Shown here one piece after another: positions 32,583-51,135 of a stretch of DNA of 64,000 nt. The stretch's first letter is position 1, and the number at the start of each line of letters is the position of its first letter. Under the pieces are notes generated by a model that worked only from the letters and a program-made list of their open reading frames with translations, ran no database searches and was not told the origin of the DNA. The position numbers were made by a program, and so were the translations under genes. Origin of the DNA: the human T2T-CHM13v2.0 reference genome, Homo sapiens; NCBI RefSeq assembly GCF_009914755.1, contig NC_060926.1; one strand, written 5' to 3'.

Positions 32583-32971
32583 ATACGTTATAGTACTTGA
32601 TTTCAGAAAGACATATAAATCAATTAAAGAGCATAAGAATGCCTCGTATCCATACCACGCTCTGCAGAATGTGGAAGAAGGGGTGCTGCAGGCTTCCAGG
32701 AAATGGAGAAGCTTCCTCAAGAGGGGAGAAAATAGTATCCTGGGCTAGACGGTATGACCCTGGTGTCACCTCCCTGCTATAAGTGTCCTAAAAGCAAGAG
32801 CACAGGTATCAGGAGCTATAAGGGCCTCTTCCTTTAAGCGAAGTTCTTTCCATTTAAGGCAGAATATCAACAAGTTTCAAATGTACAGTTTATTCAACAT
32901 CTGCATTGAACACACAGGAGTTTCTCTTATACCTCTCCCTCCCTCCTCCCCTTCCTCCTCCTCTCTTTCCT

Positions 32972-33082
32972 CTTTTAATAACCTTTTGAAAATGTAAAGA
33001 CCATTCTTACCTTCCTGGCTGGCCATACAAAAATAGTCCACAGGTTGGATTTGGTCCAAGGACCATAATTTGCAGATCCCTG
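32972..33082. mobile_element. MER58-like hAT fragment
   Basis: aatgtaaagaccattctt..ggccatacaaaaa..ggatttggtcc..ataatttgcagatccctg. Confidence 0.7.
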
Positions 33083-33783
33083 AGTTAGAGTCTCATAATT
33101 CCTGGGGAAACAGGCATGATCATTATAATGTTTTTTACACACACAAATTCTTCTTCCGCAATGTATGCTGTTTACCTGTGTCATCCAATATTGGATATTA
33201 TGTTTACTTTTCATTTTTTCTGAATACCATTTGAATTTTTGTTAAAGACAAAGAAATTTTGCTAGGGATTTTTATTCATTTCTTTAAACATTCCAATATT
33301 GCTTAATCTTTTAAGAGTTTGAAAATGGAGTCCATGGCCCCAGAGAAATAAAATACCATATTATGCCTTGTTTGCTGTCTTGTGGAGGGACCGGCTAGCT
33401 ATATCTTATAAGGTAGCCAGGTCACATCAGACTCTCAGCACACTTGGACTACTCTGTTTCAGGGATCACAGTTGGTCTGTGGCCTTCTGAACCTGGACAA
33501 AAATGAGCCTTATTTTGGGGTTATTCTGAATATGTCAAAAGAAGAGATTATCTTAAACCTAAGAATTTGTCTATGATTTAGTTCCTATTTTGTCAGATTT
33601 GTCCATTTGGCATCAGGGATGATATTAGCCTTATACTTGCTTTGTTTGGTGAAGCAAGAATTTGTCCTTCCCAGCTGAAAGCAGCGGAAGGGAGTCAAGA
33701 TAGAGCCTACGGGGAAGTGGGGGAGGAAGACCACCAGGGAAACACACCCCAACTTATTTACAGAAAGAAACCCTCTCCTTTGA

Positions 33784-34163
<380 letters not shown>

Positions 34164-34984
34164 TTGAAGTGCAATTTCTATAACCAGCTTACAAAATGGT
34201 GCCCCAGTTCTGGGCCTTTTTCTTCAATGAAGCTATTTTAGGCAACATAAAACCTCTTCCCTACAATAGGGTTAGGATAGCGCTTTTGCTGCTTATCAGA
34301 GAGATCCAGAAGAGAAACCAAGAACAGCAGCTAACATTTGTTGAGCACTTACCAGGTGCCAGACCCTGTCCTGAGCACAGATGAGGAAACCGAGGCAGGG
34401 AGAAATTACCTGCCAGAAGCCACACGGCTGGCAGGGGACAGAGTCAGGTCATGAACCCCAACACTTCAGGTCCAAAACCCACCTTATCAATTAACTAAGG
34501 GATTCTAGGTGCTAATTTTGAAATGTTGTTAAATGGCCTCTGTAAAGCAATTCCCGCGGCCTTGAAAGGCTAAGCAGCCAACAAGGCTGGGCAAGCCTGC
34601 CTGCCTCTCACCAGTCCCATGCAAGTCTATGGTCCCTGCTTCCAGCAGGGCAGTCCTAGCAAGGCTGATGGGCAAGCTGCCCTGGGCAGTTAGAACCTTC
34701 AAATCGGCAAAATTGCCAGTCATACATACTAACCCTTTGCTTACTGTCCCCTTCCCCTGGGAATATGGAGATACGTTTTGAATGAGAAGAAACAAAGCCT
34801 GAAATGTACTAATTTCAAATATTGGCTGAGAGCTTTTACTCAGCCATGTCAACTCTGGCTCTCACCACATAATCCCAGGAAATTGAGAAGGCCTGACCTT
34901 CTCACAGACCCCACTGCACTCTGCCCCCAAAACACCTTCCCAGACTTTCCCTCCAACTGTCCCCTTCCTGGTACCCAAACTGTT

Positions 34985-35342
<358 letters not shown>

Positions 35343-35391
35343 TAATTGTTTTCACATACCAAACTACTGAACAATAGCATCTGAATTGGGT

Positions 35392-36513
<1,122 letters not shown>

Positions 36514-37525
36514 TTAAGTAATCCATCTGAATAGCAACATAAGCTCACAGCCTCTGCCTTGCAGAAGCTCACTTTTGAGGGAGAAATGGCCTGTTGTCCA
36601 TGTAGGTTCACATATATAGGAGCCACGGTGTTCTCTGCTCCTGTGGTACCCAATAAAATCCATTAATGCTGGGGAAGGGAGTCATGGGGATAGTTTCACA
36701 GGAGCTGGCACTGAGCTGAGCCCTGGATGGTGACCAAAAGTTACCAGGTCAGCAGTGAGTGGGGCATTCCCAAGGCAGGAGACAAAAAGGTAGGATATTC
36801 CAGGTGGAGGGCTCAGGACATGCACGACAGCTCAGTGCATTTGGACTGTCATATTAATCCGATTACTTTTCTAAATCTTCTGCATAGGGTCAAGTTTGTA
36901 AGGCTAGTTGTTAGAAAGTAGTTTATGGCACAGCATCCCAACCTTTTTATGTCATGGTACTCATAGAAAATAATCCTATTTTTGGTACATTTCCTTTGGA
37001 AAAGAAAAAAGGCTCCTCTGGGGACAAAGGATCAATACCTTCAGGTCACCTGCACTGCATTCATGTCACACCACATAGCATAGCAAATGGATTGGGAAGC
37101 CCTGGTATAGGGCAGACTGCCCACAGGCAGCAGTCCTGATTTGAATATTCTGCTTTCTCTAAGGACAAGGAGGAGAGAGAAAGAAAGAGTAAGAGAGAGA
37201 GAGAGAGATGCCACTATGATTTCCCAATCAATTTTCTGTTCAGTTTTATTTTTCTAAATATTAATATTTGCAATTTTTACTAAATATACAATCAATTTTC
37301 TGTTTAGTGTGATTTCCCAAGCAATTTTCTGTTGAGTTTTATTTTTCTAAGTGTTAGTTTTTGCAGTGTGATTTTTATTGGGAGCAAGTGAAGGAGCCAC
37401 TCCCATAGTATACACTTCCAAAGGAAACACTTGGTTATAACATGGACCCTTTATCACTAAGCCTAATTTTCTACAGCCTATAATTTGCCTTTGTCACTAA
37501 AAGGCAATTATTAAGAACAATTGAT

Positions 37526-37833
37526 GGCTGAGTGCAGTGGCTCATGCCTGTAATCCTAGCACTTTGAGAGGCCGAGGCAGGCAGATCACTTGAGGTCAGG
37601 AGTTCAAAACCAGCCTGGCCCACAGGGTGAAACCTCGTCTCTACTAAAAATACAAAAATTAGCTGGGTGTCGTTGTCAATGCCTATAGTCTCAGCTACTC
37701 AGGAGGCTGAGGCAGGAGAATCACTTGAACCCGCGAGGCAGAGGGTGCAGTGAGCCGAGATCACGCCACTGTACTCCACACTCCAGTCTGAGCAACAGAG
37801 CAAGACTCCATCTCAAAAGGAAAAAAAAAAAAA
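37526..37833 (+). mobile_element. Alu
   Basis: TSD aagaacaattga. Confidence 0.95.
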
Positions 37834-38055
37834 AGAACAATTGAGAGAAGTCAATACTGTATAAAGGGCCTTAACTTGGCTCTCAGCCCTTTTTTGCATT
37901 GTTCACTCTAAATTCTTGTTTCACTACATTTCCATATATAAACAAGAGCACAAAGTGTGTGAATCAAACATATAGGGAATCTTTACATTTATCAACATGA
38001 AATATCATTCTTTTACTATCATCTGTTCTTCCTCACTTGCTCATCTGTTCTAAAT

Positions 38056-38240
38056 GAGGAAGGAAGGAAGGAAGGAAGGAAGGAAGGAAGGAAGGAAGGA
38101 AGGAAGGGAGGGAGGGAGGGAGGGAGGGAGGGATGGAGGGAGGAAGGAAGGAAGGAAGGAAGAGAAGGGAAGAGAAGGGAAAGGAAGGAAGGAAGGAAGG
38201 AAGGAAAAGGAAAAGGAAGGGAGGGAGGAAAGGAGGGAAA
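38056..38240 (+). repeat. (GGAA)n/(GGGA)n microsatellite
   Basis: 12 uninterrupted GGAA units at 38058-38105, then degenerate. Confidence 0.95.
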
Positions 38241-39294
38241 CTACTTTTCCTGTCCCTTATGAATAATGTATTACCTAGGTCTAGTATACAATATACTTGG
38301 TAGTCAATCATTCTCCTGGTAACTATCACTTTCAGCTACAGTTAAGCTTCTTTAAGGGTATTTTTCCATTTTTGTTTACAGATACACCTTCCTAGGCTTT
38401 ATCTTCACATCACTTGCATTTACACAGATCTCACATGGTATCTAAAGAGAAAGTCAACACATTTTTGTAGCAAAGGGCAAAAGGAAGACTGAAGAGACAG
38501 AGCGAAATCAGCATGCCACTGCTTTCTACTTCATGACTTGGAAATAATAATAATCAAAAAGTTTTCTAATCTTAATAAGTGATCCCCTATCATAATCTTG
38601 CACTAAAATCATAATCCACATGACACATTTAAAAATACAAAAAGTGCACATATTTGGGTAGACTTGAATCATAGTTTTGAAAAGCCTGTTCCTCCTTGTA
38701 CAATCACATCAACAAGCCATCAGGTTCTTTTTCATTATGCCGGCAAGTCTTGGCAATGGGCTCCCCACCCAGATGAATAGCTTCAACATAAAAGCTTGGT
38801 GTGTCATGCACGTGAATGGTATTGAATGAAGGCTGGCTTGGAAATGTGGCAGTTTAACTTCTGCTTCCAAACTTCTTATTTTTATTTCCCAAGAAAGAAA
38901 ACACATCCTCATGGTGCCACTGCTAAGTGCTCAGTTTTAATTTTGATCATTCTATCACAAGAACAGCAGCAACCAAGTAATCACCATGTTCCTCAACTTT
39001 CAGCAGTTACTGATATCTTACTGTGTGCCAGGCACTGCTATGGGTGGTAGGGACCCAGTAGTAGACAGAACAGAAAAGGTCCTGGACAGTAGAGTGTCAC
39101 CTGTCACCTGAAATGTTGGAATCCTATCATGCTTCAGAAGTACAATATTTTAATGTTACTTCTGGATTCAAGACAACATAAGAGACAGTAAAAACTCTCT
39201 TGATTAAAAATAAACTATTTGATGATATACTCTAGAAATGATCATACAACTTACTAGATTCAAGAACTTCTTGTGATTCTTCAAAAATCTTCTA

Positions 39295-39950
<656 letters not shown>

Positions 39951-40465
39951 TACATCTTTTTAAAGGAGAGGTTTTAGACTCTAATCTAGTAGCTATGAGA
40001 AATTGTGTCAATGTATGTAAGATATCAATAGACCATTAGGAGACTCAGAAAAGTTATTTATTTCTCTCTAACACACACATACACACACACACACACAGCC
40101 CTCCCACTCATCCTGGACTTTTTATGTCCACGTAATTTATATTTAAATATCTGCAATATAACATTAAAAGTGATAAATTAAGTACCTTGTGAGGCATAGA
40201 TTTAATGCAAAGGGATTTCAGAGAAGGGAGAAAGAATGGAATGAGAGAGGATTCAGGAAGACAGTAGTACGTGAGTTGGGTGTTAAAGAATCTGGATATA
40301 GGGAAATGGAGCAAACAACATTTAGGTAAAAGGAATGAACAGAACAAGCAACAGCCAACAAGAAGAGAATCATACATCAACCTGAAGGAACTGTGAAGGA
40401 GGGTGGGTATGTGATTTAAAAGTACAGAAGCACTCAGATCATGGAGGGTCTCAAAAGGCAAACTA

Positions 40466-41006
<541 letters not shown>

Positions 41007-41694
41007 TCAATTTTTTTATACAGTGACAGTCAAACAAAATTTGTACGCAGGTGCAGGATAACCCGTGGGACCCAATTTGTGCCTCTACAAAACTGACATG
41101 ATGTGTGAATGGCAACATCACAATCTTTCTACTTCTACATTTTGGTATCTATTTCTTAGAAGCCTGCTTTCCCAATCATGCTTATTATCCACCCTTTTCC
41201 AGATAGTCGCTTGTGTTATCTCTAAAGGGTGCTTTATTTGTGCACTTTCTGTAAATAAACTTGATTTCATATATCCTGATCCTCCTGATGGTAGCGCACA
41301 GTTTTTTTGTGCATTGGGGCATGCTCAATGCTGTAACAACCCCAGTGCAGTGGCGTAACACAATAGAGGTTGACTTCTGTTGCATATATTAGTCCAGTTT
41401 GGCTGTCCTAGTTGGTTGGCTTTCCTGACAGCCTTTTTACAGATTCCTCCCATCTCATGGCTCTGCCTTCTCTGGGTCCTGGAGTCTTTTTGTTTAGCTG
41501 TAAACAAAGAATGGAGGTCTCATATGGGAGAGTTTTGTGAGCCAGACCTGCAGTGGGCATGGGTTACTTCAACCCACATTCCACTGGCCATAATTCCACC
41601 ATGAATGAACCAACCTTCAAGAGAGGCTGCAAATTCAAGACCAGCAAAAAATGTATTCTTCCTCTGTTCTCTCCTTTCCTTCTGAAACATATGA

Positions 41695-42050
<356 letters not shown>

Positions 42051-42734
42051 AATACAAACTTGTAATTCCCCTTTTACTCCAGGAGTGGTTCTATCTACTC
42101 TTATAATGGCATCTTTCATTTAAAGAGCACTCAATATTCTTCACTTGTATCATTTAAAAGGGTGAAAAACATGCTTGAATGTCATTAGGATTGTATTTCA
42201 TACCAGACTCATCAAATATTCTCATGGGGTAACACCTTTGATCAAGACAAAGTTTAATTAAACAAATGACTACCACTGGCACTTGGTCAAAACATAAATG
42301 TTACAGCAATGATTATTCTTCCCTCTTCTATATATTGAGTGAATTAGACCACTGTATGATCTCATCTGATTCTAACATTCCATCCATTCCAAAGAGCAAG
42401 TCCAAGAGCCTTGTCAGTGGCACAGCCAGGACCAGCACGAAGGTCCTCAATTCCTACTCCACTTTGACTCTCTAAACATAAATATGATACTCAGTAATAT
42501 GGTTCAGAACATCACAACCAGTGTACTATGGACCACTTGTTTACTCTGAGAGACTGATAGTTGAAAATCATGTATAGAGATAAAAAAATCAAATCATTAT
42601 TTTTATTGATCCAAAAGTTCACACGAGTTGAAATAATATTTAAATAGTATTTGGATGGCTGTCTCAGAAAAATTCCTAAATTCAGTAATTATGTATTTTG
42701 GCTCAAAATATTTTGAATATAAAAGGCACTGATA

Positions 42735-43041
42735 GCCAGGCAAGATGGCTCAGACCTGTAATCCCAGAACTTTTTGGGAGGCTGAGGCAGGAGGATCAGT
42801 TAAGCCCAGAAGTTTGAGACCAGCCTGGGCAACATAGTGAGACACTTTGTCTACAATAGTTTTTTTTTTTAATTAGCCAAGTATGGTGGCACACACCTGT
42901 AGCCCCAGCTACTCAGGAGGCTGCGGTGAGAGGATTGCTTGAGCCCAGGAGGTCCAGGTTGCAGTGCGCTGCTATCGTGCTACTGCACTCCAGCCTGGGT
43001 GACAGAGTGAGATCCCATCCCATTTCAAGAAAAAAAAAAAA
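42735..43041 (+). mobile_element. AluJ-like
   Basis: Dimer with T-rich linker. Confidence 0.9.
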
Positions 43042-43941
43042 GCACTAGCAGAAAGCAAAGAGGACTTGAATAAAAGTCTCTGCGCATGAAGCACTTTCTA
43101 AAATTATCAGCTGGTTTAATTTTATTAATACTCCATGATTTATTATTCTTGAGGGTATTTGTATGTAAAAGATTTAAATTTTCTTCCAAATTAATTTGCT
43201 CTATGCTCTTATATTTTTAATAAATGTTCGACTAATAAAGTATGTACAAATTGTTTTATTATTGCTATTATAATGAGATTAGGTGTTTCAAGTAGAACCC
43301 GTAATTGATTTCATTCATTTTTTTCTATTAATGTGCCTTGTTTTATTCATTTATTTATCCATCGTTTTGGTATTGGCTTTGAATATTATAATTAGTCATA
43401 GTCTAATGTTTGATAAAATCTCATTAAAAAGTTGTTTCCAGAAATAAAAAGATGCCCATTTCTAAAAACAGAAAAACATAATTAAACCAATTCATTATAG
43501 AGGACAGATTATCAGAAATATATTTAATCCTATATAAGTAAAGATACTTATATTTTCATACATTTTTTGAAGTTTATTTTATTAAATGATAATATTTCAA
43601 TGTTTTCAATTTTACTGCATTCATTTCCCAAATTATATTTTTATTGCACTTTAATTTTTCCATTTATTTTGCATACTAAAAAATGCAAATGACCTAAATT
43701 ATTTTTTGAACTTAATTTCTGACTACAAATGTGTGTAACTCCCTCAGTTCTTTATTCTTTGCATTTCTATAGTCCTAAGTTTTACAGACATGTTTCCACC
43801 ATAATAAAAAAATTTTATTAAAACTGGAGGCTTCCCAAATTCAACAGATCCCCCCACAAAAAATAAAAGTTTTAAAAAAGTTTAAGTCACTACTGATGCA
43901 GTATGAGGACTATCTTACTTGTGGAACCAAGTTCTTCATAA

Positions 43942-44263
<322 letters not shown>

Positions 44264-44451
44264 CGTAATTCTCCCTTTTCTTCAGCCTAAATGTCTTCTT
44301 CTCTTCAAAATGTTATCAAGTAAAGCAATAGAATCAAGTAAATTATACTGGCATCTTTCTACTAAGCAAGCATTTTACACACAAGATTAAATAAAGGTTT
44401 AAAGAAAGGAAAGTATAATATAAGAAACAAAGTTTCCTAGAAGTTATAGTA

Positions 44452-44570
44452 GACTGGGTGTGGTGGCTGACGCCTGTAATCCCAGCACTTTGGGAGGCTG
44501 AGATAGGAGGATTACTTGAGCCCAGTTCAAGACCAGCCTGGGCAACACAGTGAGAGCTCATCTCTATTTT
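44452..44570 (+). mobile_element. Alu monomer
   Basis: Left arm only. Confidence 0.85.
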
Positions 44571-45129
44571 TTAATTTTTAAAAAAATGTTATAACAATAT
44601 CAAGTATACCTCATAAAGCTGGTTATGAAGTCAGCTAACAATAGCAAAACCTCATGTAACTCACACAATTGCAGAACTGCTCATTTTACCAATCTGTGTG
44701 GAAATTTTCATCATTTTCCAAAGGAAAGAGAAAAAGTGCCACTTTTGAATAATATTATCACTGGATACAGAACATGCAAAGACACGAAAATAATTCTAAT
44801 CCAGAATGGTTACATTGTAAATAGATCATCTCAGGTTAATTGATACTTGTTAGTAACTGTGAAACCCTGAAGAGAAATGCTTAAAACATTATTTATTCTG
44901 TAAAGCTGCAAAACAAACTAGTAAGCAAAATAGTAAATGAACACTTAAATAAGTTAAATATAATGGAAACACTGCATAAGTTATGTGATAGCACAGATGC
45001 AAGGAAAAAATGCTGAGATTCAGTTAATGCGTGAGCTTATTCATGAAGAACTTATCGAAAGTTCTTGTGTAGGGCTGAATTCCACATTAAATGGTTCTAT
45101 CAGAAGGTGAGTCTAATAAAGCCTGAGAA

Positions 45130-45435
45130 GGTCAGGCATGGTGGCTTATGCCTGTAGTCCCAATACTTTGGGAGGCCAAGGTGGGAGGATCGCTTGAGCC
45201 CAGGAGTTCGAGATCAGCCTGGGAACTCAGGGAGAACGCCCCTCTTCCCCCACTTCTCTAAAAAAAGTTTAAAAATTAGCCAGGCATGGCAGTGCATTCC
45301 TGTAGTCTCAGCTATTTGGGAGGCTGTGGTGAGAGGATCCCTTAAGACCAGGAGTTCAAGGTTGAAGTGAGCCATGATCATGCCAGTGCTCGCCAGCCTG
45401 GTCAACAGAGCCAGACCTTGACTCAAAAAAAAAAA
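45130..45435 (+). mobile_element. AluJ-like
   Basis: Full dimer. Confidence 0.9.
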
Positions 45436-45801
45436 GGCAGCCCTAGATGTTACAGACCTTTCTGTTTTTAGCAATATGTGACAAAATAGATGATTTCTGC
45501 TTAATACCAAAGTACATGGTCTACTGGTAAACTTGTGTCAAGAGTTAAAATAAGAATTAAAAAAAAATTAATGGTTGTCCTTTGCAAATTATTGGAGAAT
45601 ATTTATTGGCTTGCTTTACTCATATTCCTCAGCATCTGAATGAACTTAATCAAAAATTTTCAGGGACCATTGTGAATAAGTACATTATCAGGTAAAATTT
45701 ACCAGTAAAATGTATTGATTATAACTTAGAAAGGTGAAATTAAACACAGTTCACCAATGATGTTTCGTAGGTATTATAACATGAATTCTAAAGAAGACGC
45801 T

Positions 45802-46087
45802 GGCTGAGCGCAGTGGCTCACGCCTGTAATCCCAGCATTTTGGGAGGTCGAGGTGGGCAGATCATTTGAGGTCAGGAGTTCAATACCAGTCTGGCCAACA
45901 TGGTGAAACCCCGTCTCTACCAAAAACACAAAAATTAGCCAGGCACGTGGCGCATACCTGTAATCCCAGCTACTCGTGAGACTGAGACACAACAATCACT
46001 TGAACCCAGAGGTGGAGGTTGCAGTGAGCTGAGATCACACCACTGTACTCCAGCCTGGGCAACAGAGTGAGACTCTGTCTCAAAAAA
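45802..46087 (+). mobile_element. Alu
   Basis: Full dimer. Confidence 0.95.
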
Positions 46088-46524
46088 GATTAGAACAATA
46101 CATTTGACTAAAGCTTTATCATTATTTTAGGAGGTTTGATATGGAAAAAAAAGTTTGAATCAAAAATCCATTTGCTTTATCACAAAAATTGTCAACTTTA
46201 CATTTGTTAATGAAAGAAAAGGAGCTGTCACTAGATTTAAAAAATGATCACATCATTAATTACGTGTAAAGAGATCAGATTACCAAAATGTAGGTGAATG
46301 ATGAGAAAAGTCAGTAGGAGCAAAAGCAATAAATACTCTTCTCCCATTTGCTACCACTTACTTTTGAAGTTGCTTCTTGTTGGTAGGTACCAAGAAAATA
46401 AAGAGGTCATATTAAAGAGACATCACCAGGAATTATGAGTAGCAATTTCAAACATAAAATCTGACTTAAAAAAAGTGTATTCATGAAAACACACCAAGTT
46501 CCTCATTAAAACATGTTAAAACAT

Positions 46525-46530
46525 TTTATT
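46525..46530 (-). terminator. Distal polyadenylation signal AATAAA
   Basis: tttatt on the + strand about 3.4 kb past the stop; consistent with a recalled mRNA length of about 4 kb. Confidence 0.55.
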
Positions 46531-46639
46531 TTGGAAGTTTTATAGAAATTTAACATTTACTGTCTTTCTCTTGGTAGTTTTATAGTAATTATATAATATA
46601 AAGAAAACACAATGACTATTTTAGCCTAGGCCCATGTAA

Positions 46640-46998
<359 letters not shown>

Positions 46999-47228
46999 GA
47001 AGAGATATATTTACTTTCTATGTGTGACACTGATTGAAGTCTGAGAAGCCCTGTCCATAACTAAAGTGTCTAATATGGAATTATCCAGAACATGTGTAGT
47101 ATATTTGAATGAGGTTCAAGAGATACCTTTATCCAAATATGGTGACAAATTTCAAAAGAACCGGAAAAACTATGATGGATTTACATGAGGTCCATCTTTA
47201 CAAAATTGTATTGAAAAATAAAGAATTT

Positions 47229-47691
<463 letters not shown>

Positions 47692-48067
47692 TTAAACCAC
47701 AAAACTGAAGGTTAGCTAAAGTAAACACAGTGGTCAATCATACATGATAAACTTCAAGCTGATGCCATAATTGTAATTACATGGTAACCTGAAGAAATAT
47801 TGGATAGTAAAAGCCTAATGATTATTTTATATGCTAATCTGAGTTATTTCCTTTGAACAATGGTTATATTGAGGAATTGGTGAATTTTTCCCTTTGTTCT
47901 CCTGCTTGCTTTGCTGTTTTCCCTAAATATGTCTGCTGAGATGAACTAAAGAGAACATTTTTCCATCGAGTTCTCTAAAAATCTACCAGATGGGATCTCC
48001 TAAAGAATCCAACAGGAAACACACTCTTCTAGGAAATCACTGGAGGTCCCAAACCACTCTAATATGA

Positions 48068-48854
<787 letters not shown>

Positions 48855-49886
48855 TAATAATGGTCAGCAGCAAATCTTTTCTTTGGGGAGGAAAGGGTAA
48901 GAAAAGAAAAAAGAAGGAAAGGAATCTACCATATAGGCTGTGATAATCTTAAATGCTCTAAGTAAGCCATGTAATAAGTCTTCAAATGCATTAGAGATAC
49001 ATTAAAACATATTTGAAATGAAATTTCCAGCATCTAAGAGTGCTTGGAACGTGAATTTTAAAAAATAGTAGCAATAATTATTATTGCTATTAATTCTTAT
49101 CATACTATTTTAGAATAATAAAGGAAGTCATAGATGCTGTATCTCTAGGTCTCTATAAACCTTAATAAATATATAGTTCATAGAAAACCTTATTGGAATG
49201 TCCCTTATATTCAATTAAAAGATAAATTAAAACCTCAGTCAAGATAGCAGCTTCTAAGGCATCAAAAACACTTATTAAGTTCTATACTCTTTGGTTATTT
49301 TCATAATCCCAATTCTAAAAAAATAAATGAATTCAGCACATTAAAATCAGACATTTTGTATGTGAATTGCAGTTACAGTACTATTAAGTGTATGAAAAAT
49401 GTCTAGCATTACATATAAACTCTGCACTATTAACATAATTTTGAATTATTATACAATTTAGAAAACTAAACATTTAGAAAAAGTATTAATGACATCATAT
49501 ATACTTTACATTCAAAATCATGGATTATTACAATATTGTGTCAAATGCAAAAAAAATTGCAGCTAATGTATCTAAACCAGCTTAAAAACATAACATGGAG
49601 TTAATACATTACAAATATTGTCTGTTGGGTTAGGTGGTAGTTACTTTAAACATTTAGAGCTACAAGTACCTATACAGTATAACACAGACACATAATTTTT
49701 TTTAATAATACAGACACATAGTAATTATAAATATGTTAAACAACTTTAACTTTGTTAGTTAACAAAGAATCCCTTTAAATTATTTTTGGCATGGTGCCTG
49801 AGGCTCCATCAAAAAACCGGATGGGAGGCGTTGCTTATTTACAGCTTCATAACATGTAGTGCTGGAGTCTTCAAGTAGATTTCCAG

Positions 49887-49922
49887 TTAAAATGTAGGCT
49901 TGTTCATGTATTCTTCCATTGT
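49887..49922 (-). CDS. AP1S3: AP1S3 terminal exon, coding part (TMEEYMNKPTF*)
   Basis: Acceptor TTCGCTTTCAG|ACAATGGAAGAATACATGAACAAGCCTACATTTTAA, in frame with the upstream exon; matches the recalled AP1S3 C-terminus. Confidence 0.93.
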   Translation of the reverse strand, partial: TMEEYMNKPTF

Positions 49923-50185
49923 CTGAAAGCGAACAATAAATTAGAACAATTTTCCCTTTAAGTCACAGCCTTCCGCAGACTGTGAAATCTTCTGCATTCT
50001 TTTATTTATTTGCCATTGTTGAAAACAAGTTGTCAAAAGGATACATGGATATAAAATCTTTGCATTCTAATCAAAGTTTGAGTATAATTTGTATACACAT
50101 CCATATGGGGCTGGAATTAAGTAACTTTCAACTGAGAAAAAGTTAAGCTTGATCATAAAGTGAATGTCTGATAAGAGAAATGCTT

Positions 50186-50470
50186 GGCCAGTGTGGTGCT
50201 CACACCTGTAATACCAGCACTTTGGGAGGCTGAGGTGGGCAGATCACCTGAGGCCAGCCTGGCCAACATGACAAAACCCCATCTCGATGAAAAATACAAA
50301 AATTACCCGAGTGTGGTGGCATGCACCTGTATTCCCAGCTACTCGGGAAGCTGAGGCAGGAGAATTGCTTGAACCGGGAGGCGGAGGTTGAAGTGAGCCA
50401 AGATTGCACCACTGCACTCCAGCCTGGGTGACAGAGTGAGACTCCGTCTCAAAAACAAAAAAAAAAAAGA
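50186..50470 (+). mobile_element. Alu
   Basis: Dimer with small deletion. Confidence 0.93.
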
Positions 50471-50792
50471 GAGAGAGAGAGAGATTGAAATGCTAAAGCA
50501 AAGTTGCCAAGATATCACTGTTGACTTAAGATAAACACGTTTGCTAAAATGATCAGGAGGACCACATCCAGGTACGTGTATTAGAGAATTCTGAATTACG
50601 TCTGTATAACATATGTATCGTTACCTATATTGTGCAGAGCATCTTTATTATACATATTGTCAAGACAAAAAAGATAAACAGACCAAAATTCTTAAGAATT
50701 TCTTTACTTCTCTACAAGGTTCACAGGAAAAAATGTATAGTTTCTGCCATATGTTTTCAAAGGCTTCCTCCCAAAGTATACAAATTATGTTT

Positions 50793-51135
50793 CTTTTTAA
50801 CTTTTAAGTTCAGAGATACATGTGCAGGTTTGTTATAGAGGTAAACGTGTATCATGGGGATTTGTTATACAGATGATTTCATCATCCAGGTATTAAGCCT
50901 AGGACCCATGAGTCATTTTTCCTGATCCTCTCCCTCCTCCCACCCTCCACCCTCTGAAAGGCTCCAGTGTGTGTTGTTCCCTTCTATGTGTCCGTGTGTT
51001 CTCATCATTTAGCTCCCACTTTTAAGTGAGAACATGTGGCATTTGGTTTCCTGTCCCTGCACTAGTTTGCTCAGAATGATGGCCTCCAGCTCCATCCACG
51101 TCCCTGCAAAGGACATGATCTCATTCTTTTCATAC
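50793..51135 (-). mobile_element. L1PA 3'-end fragment
   Basis: ttttaagttcagagatacatgtgcaggtttgtta..ccctgcaaaggacatgatctcattcttt. Confidence 0.9.

Noticed and set aside
31729-32600. Cluster of overlapping 100-127 aa ORFs
   Set aside because: They fall within a GC-rich solo LTR, where long chance ORFs are expected.
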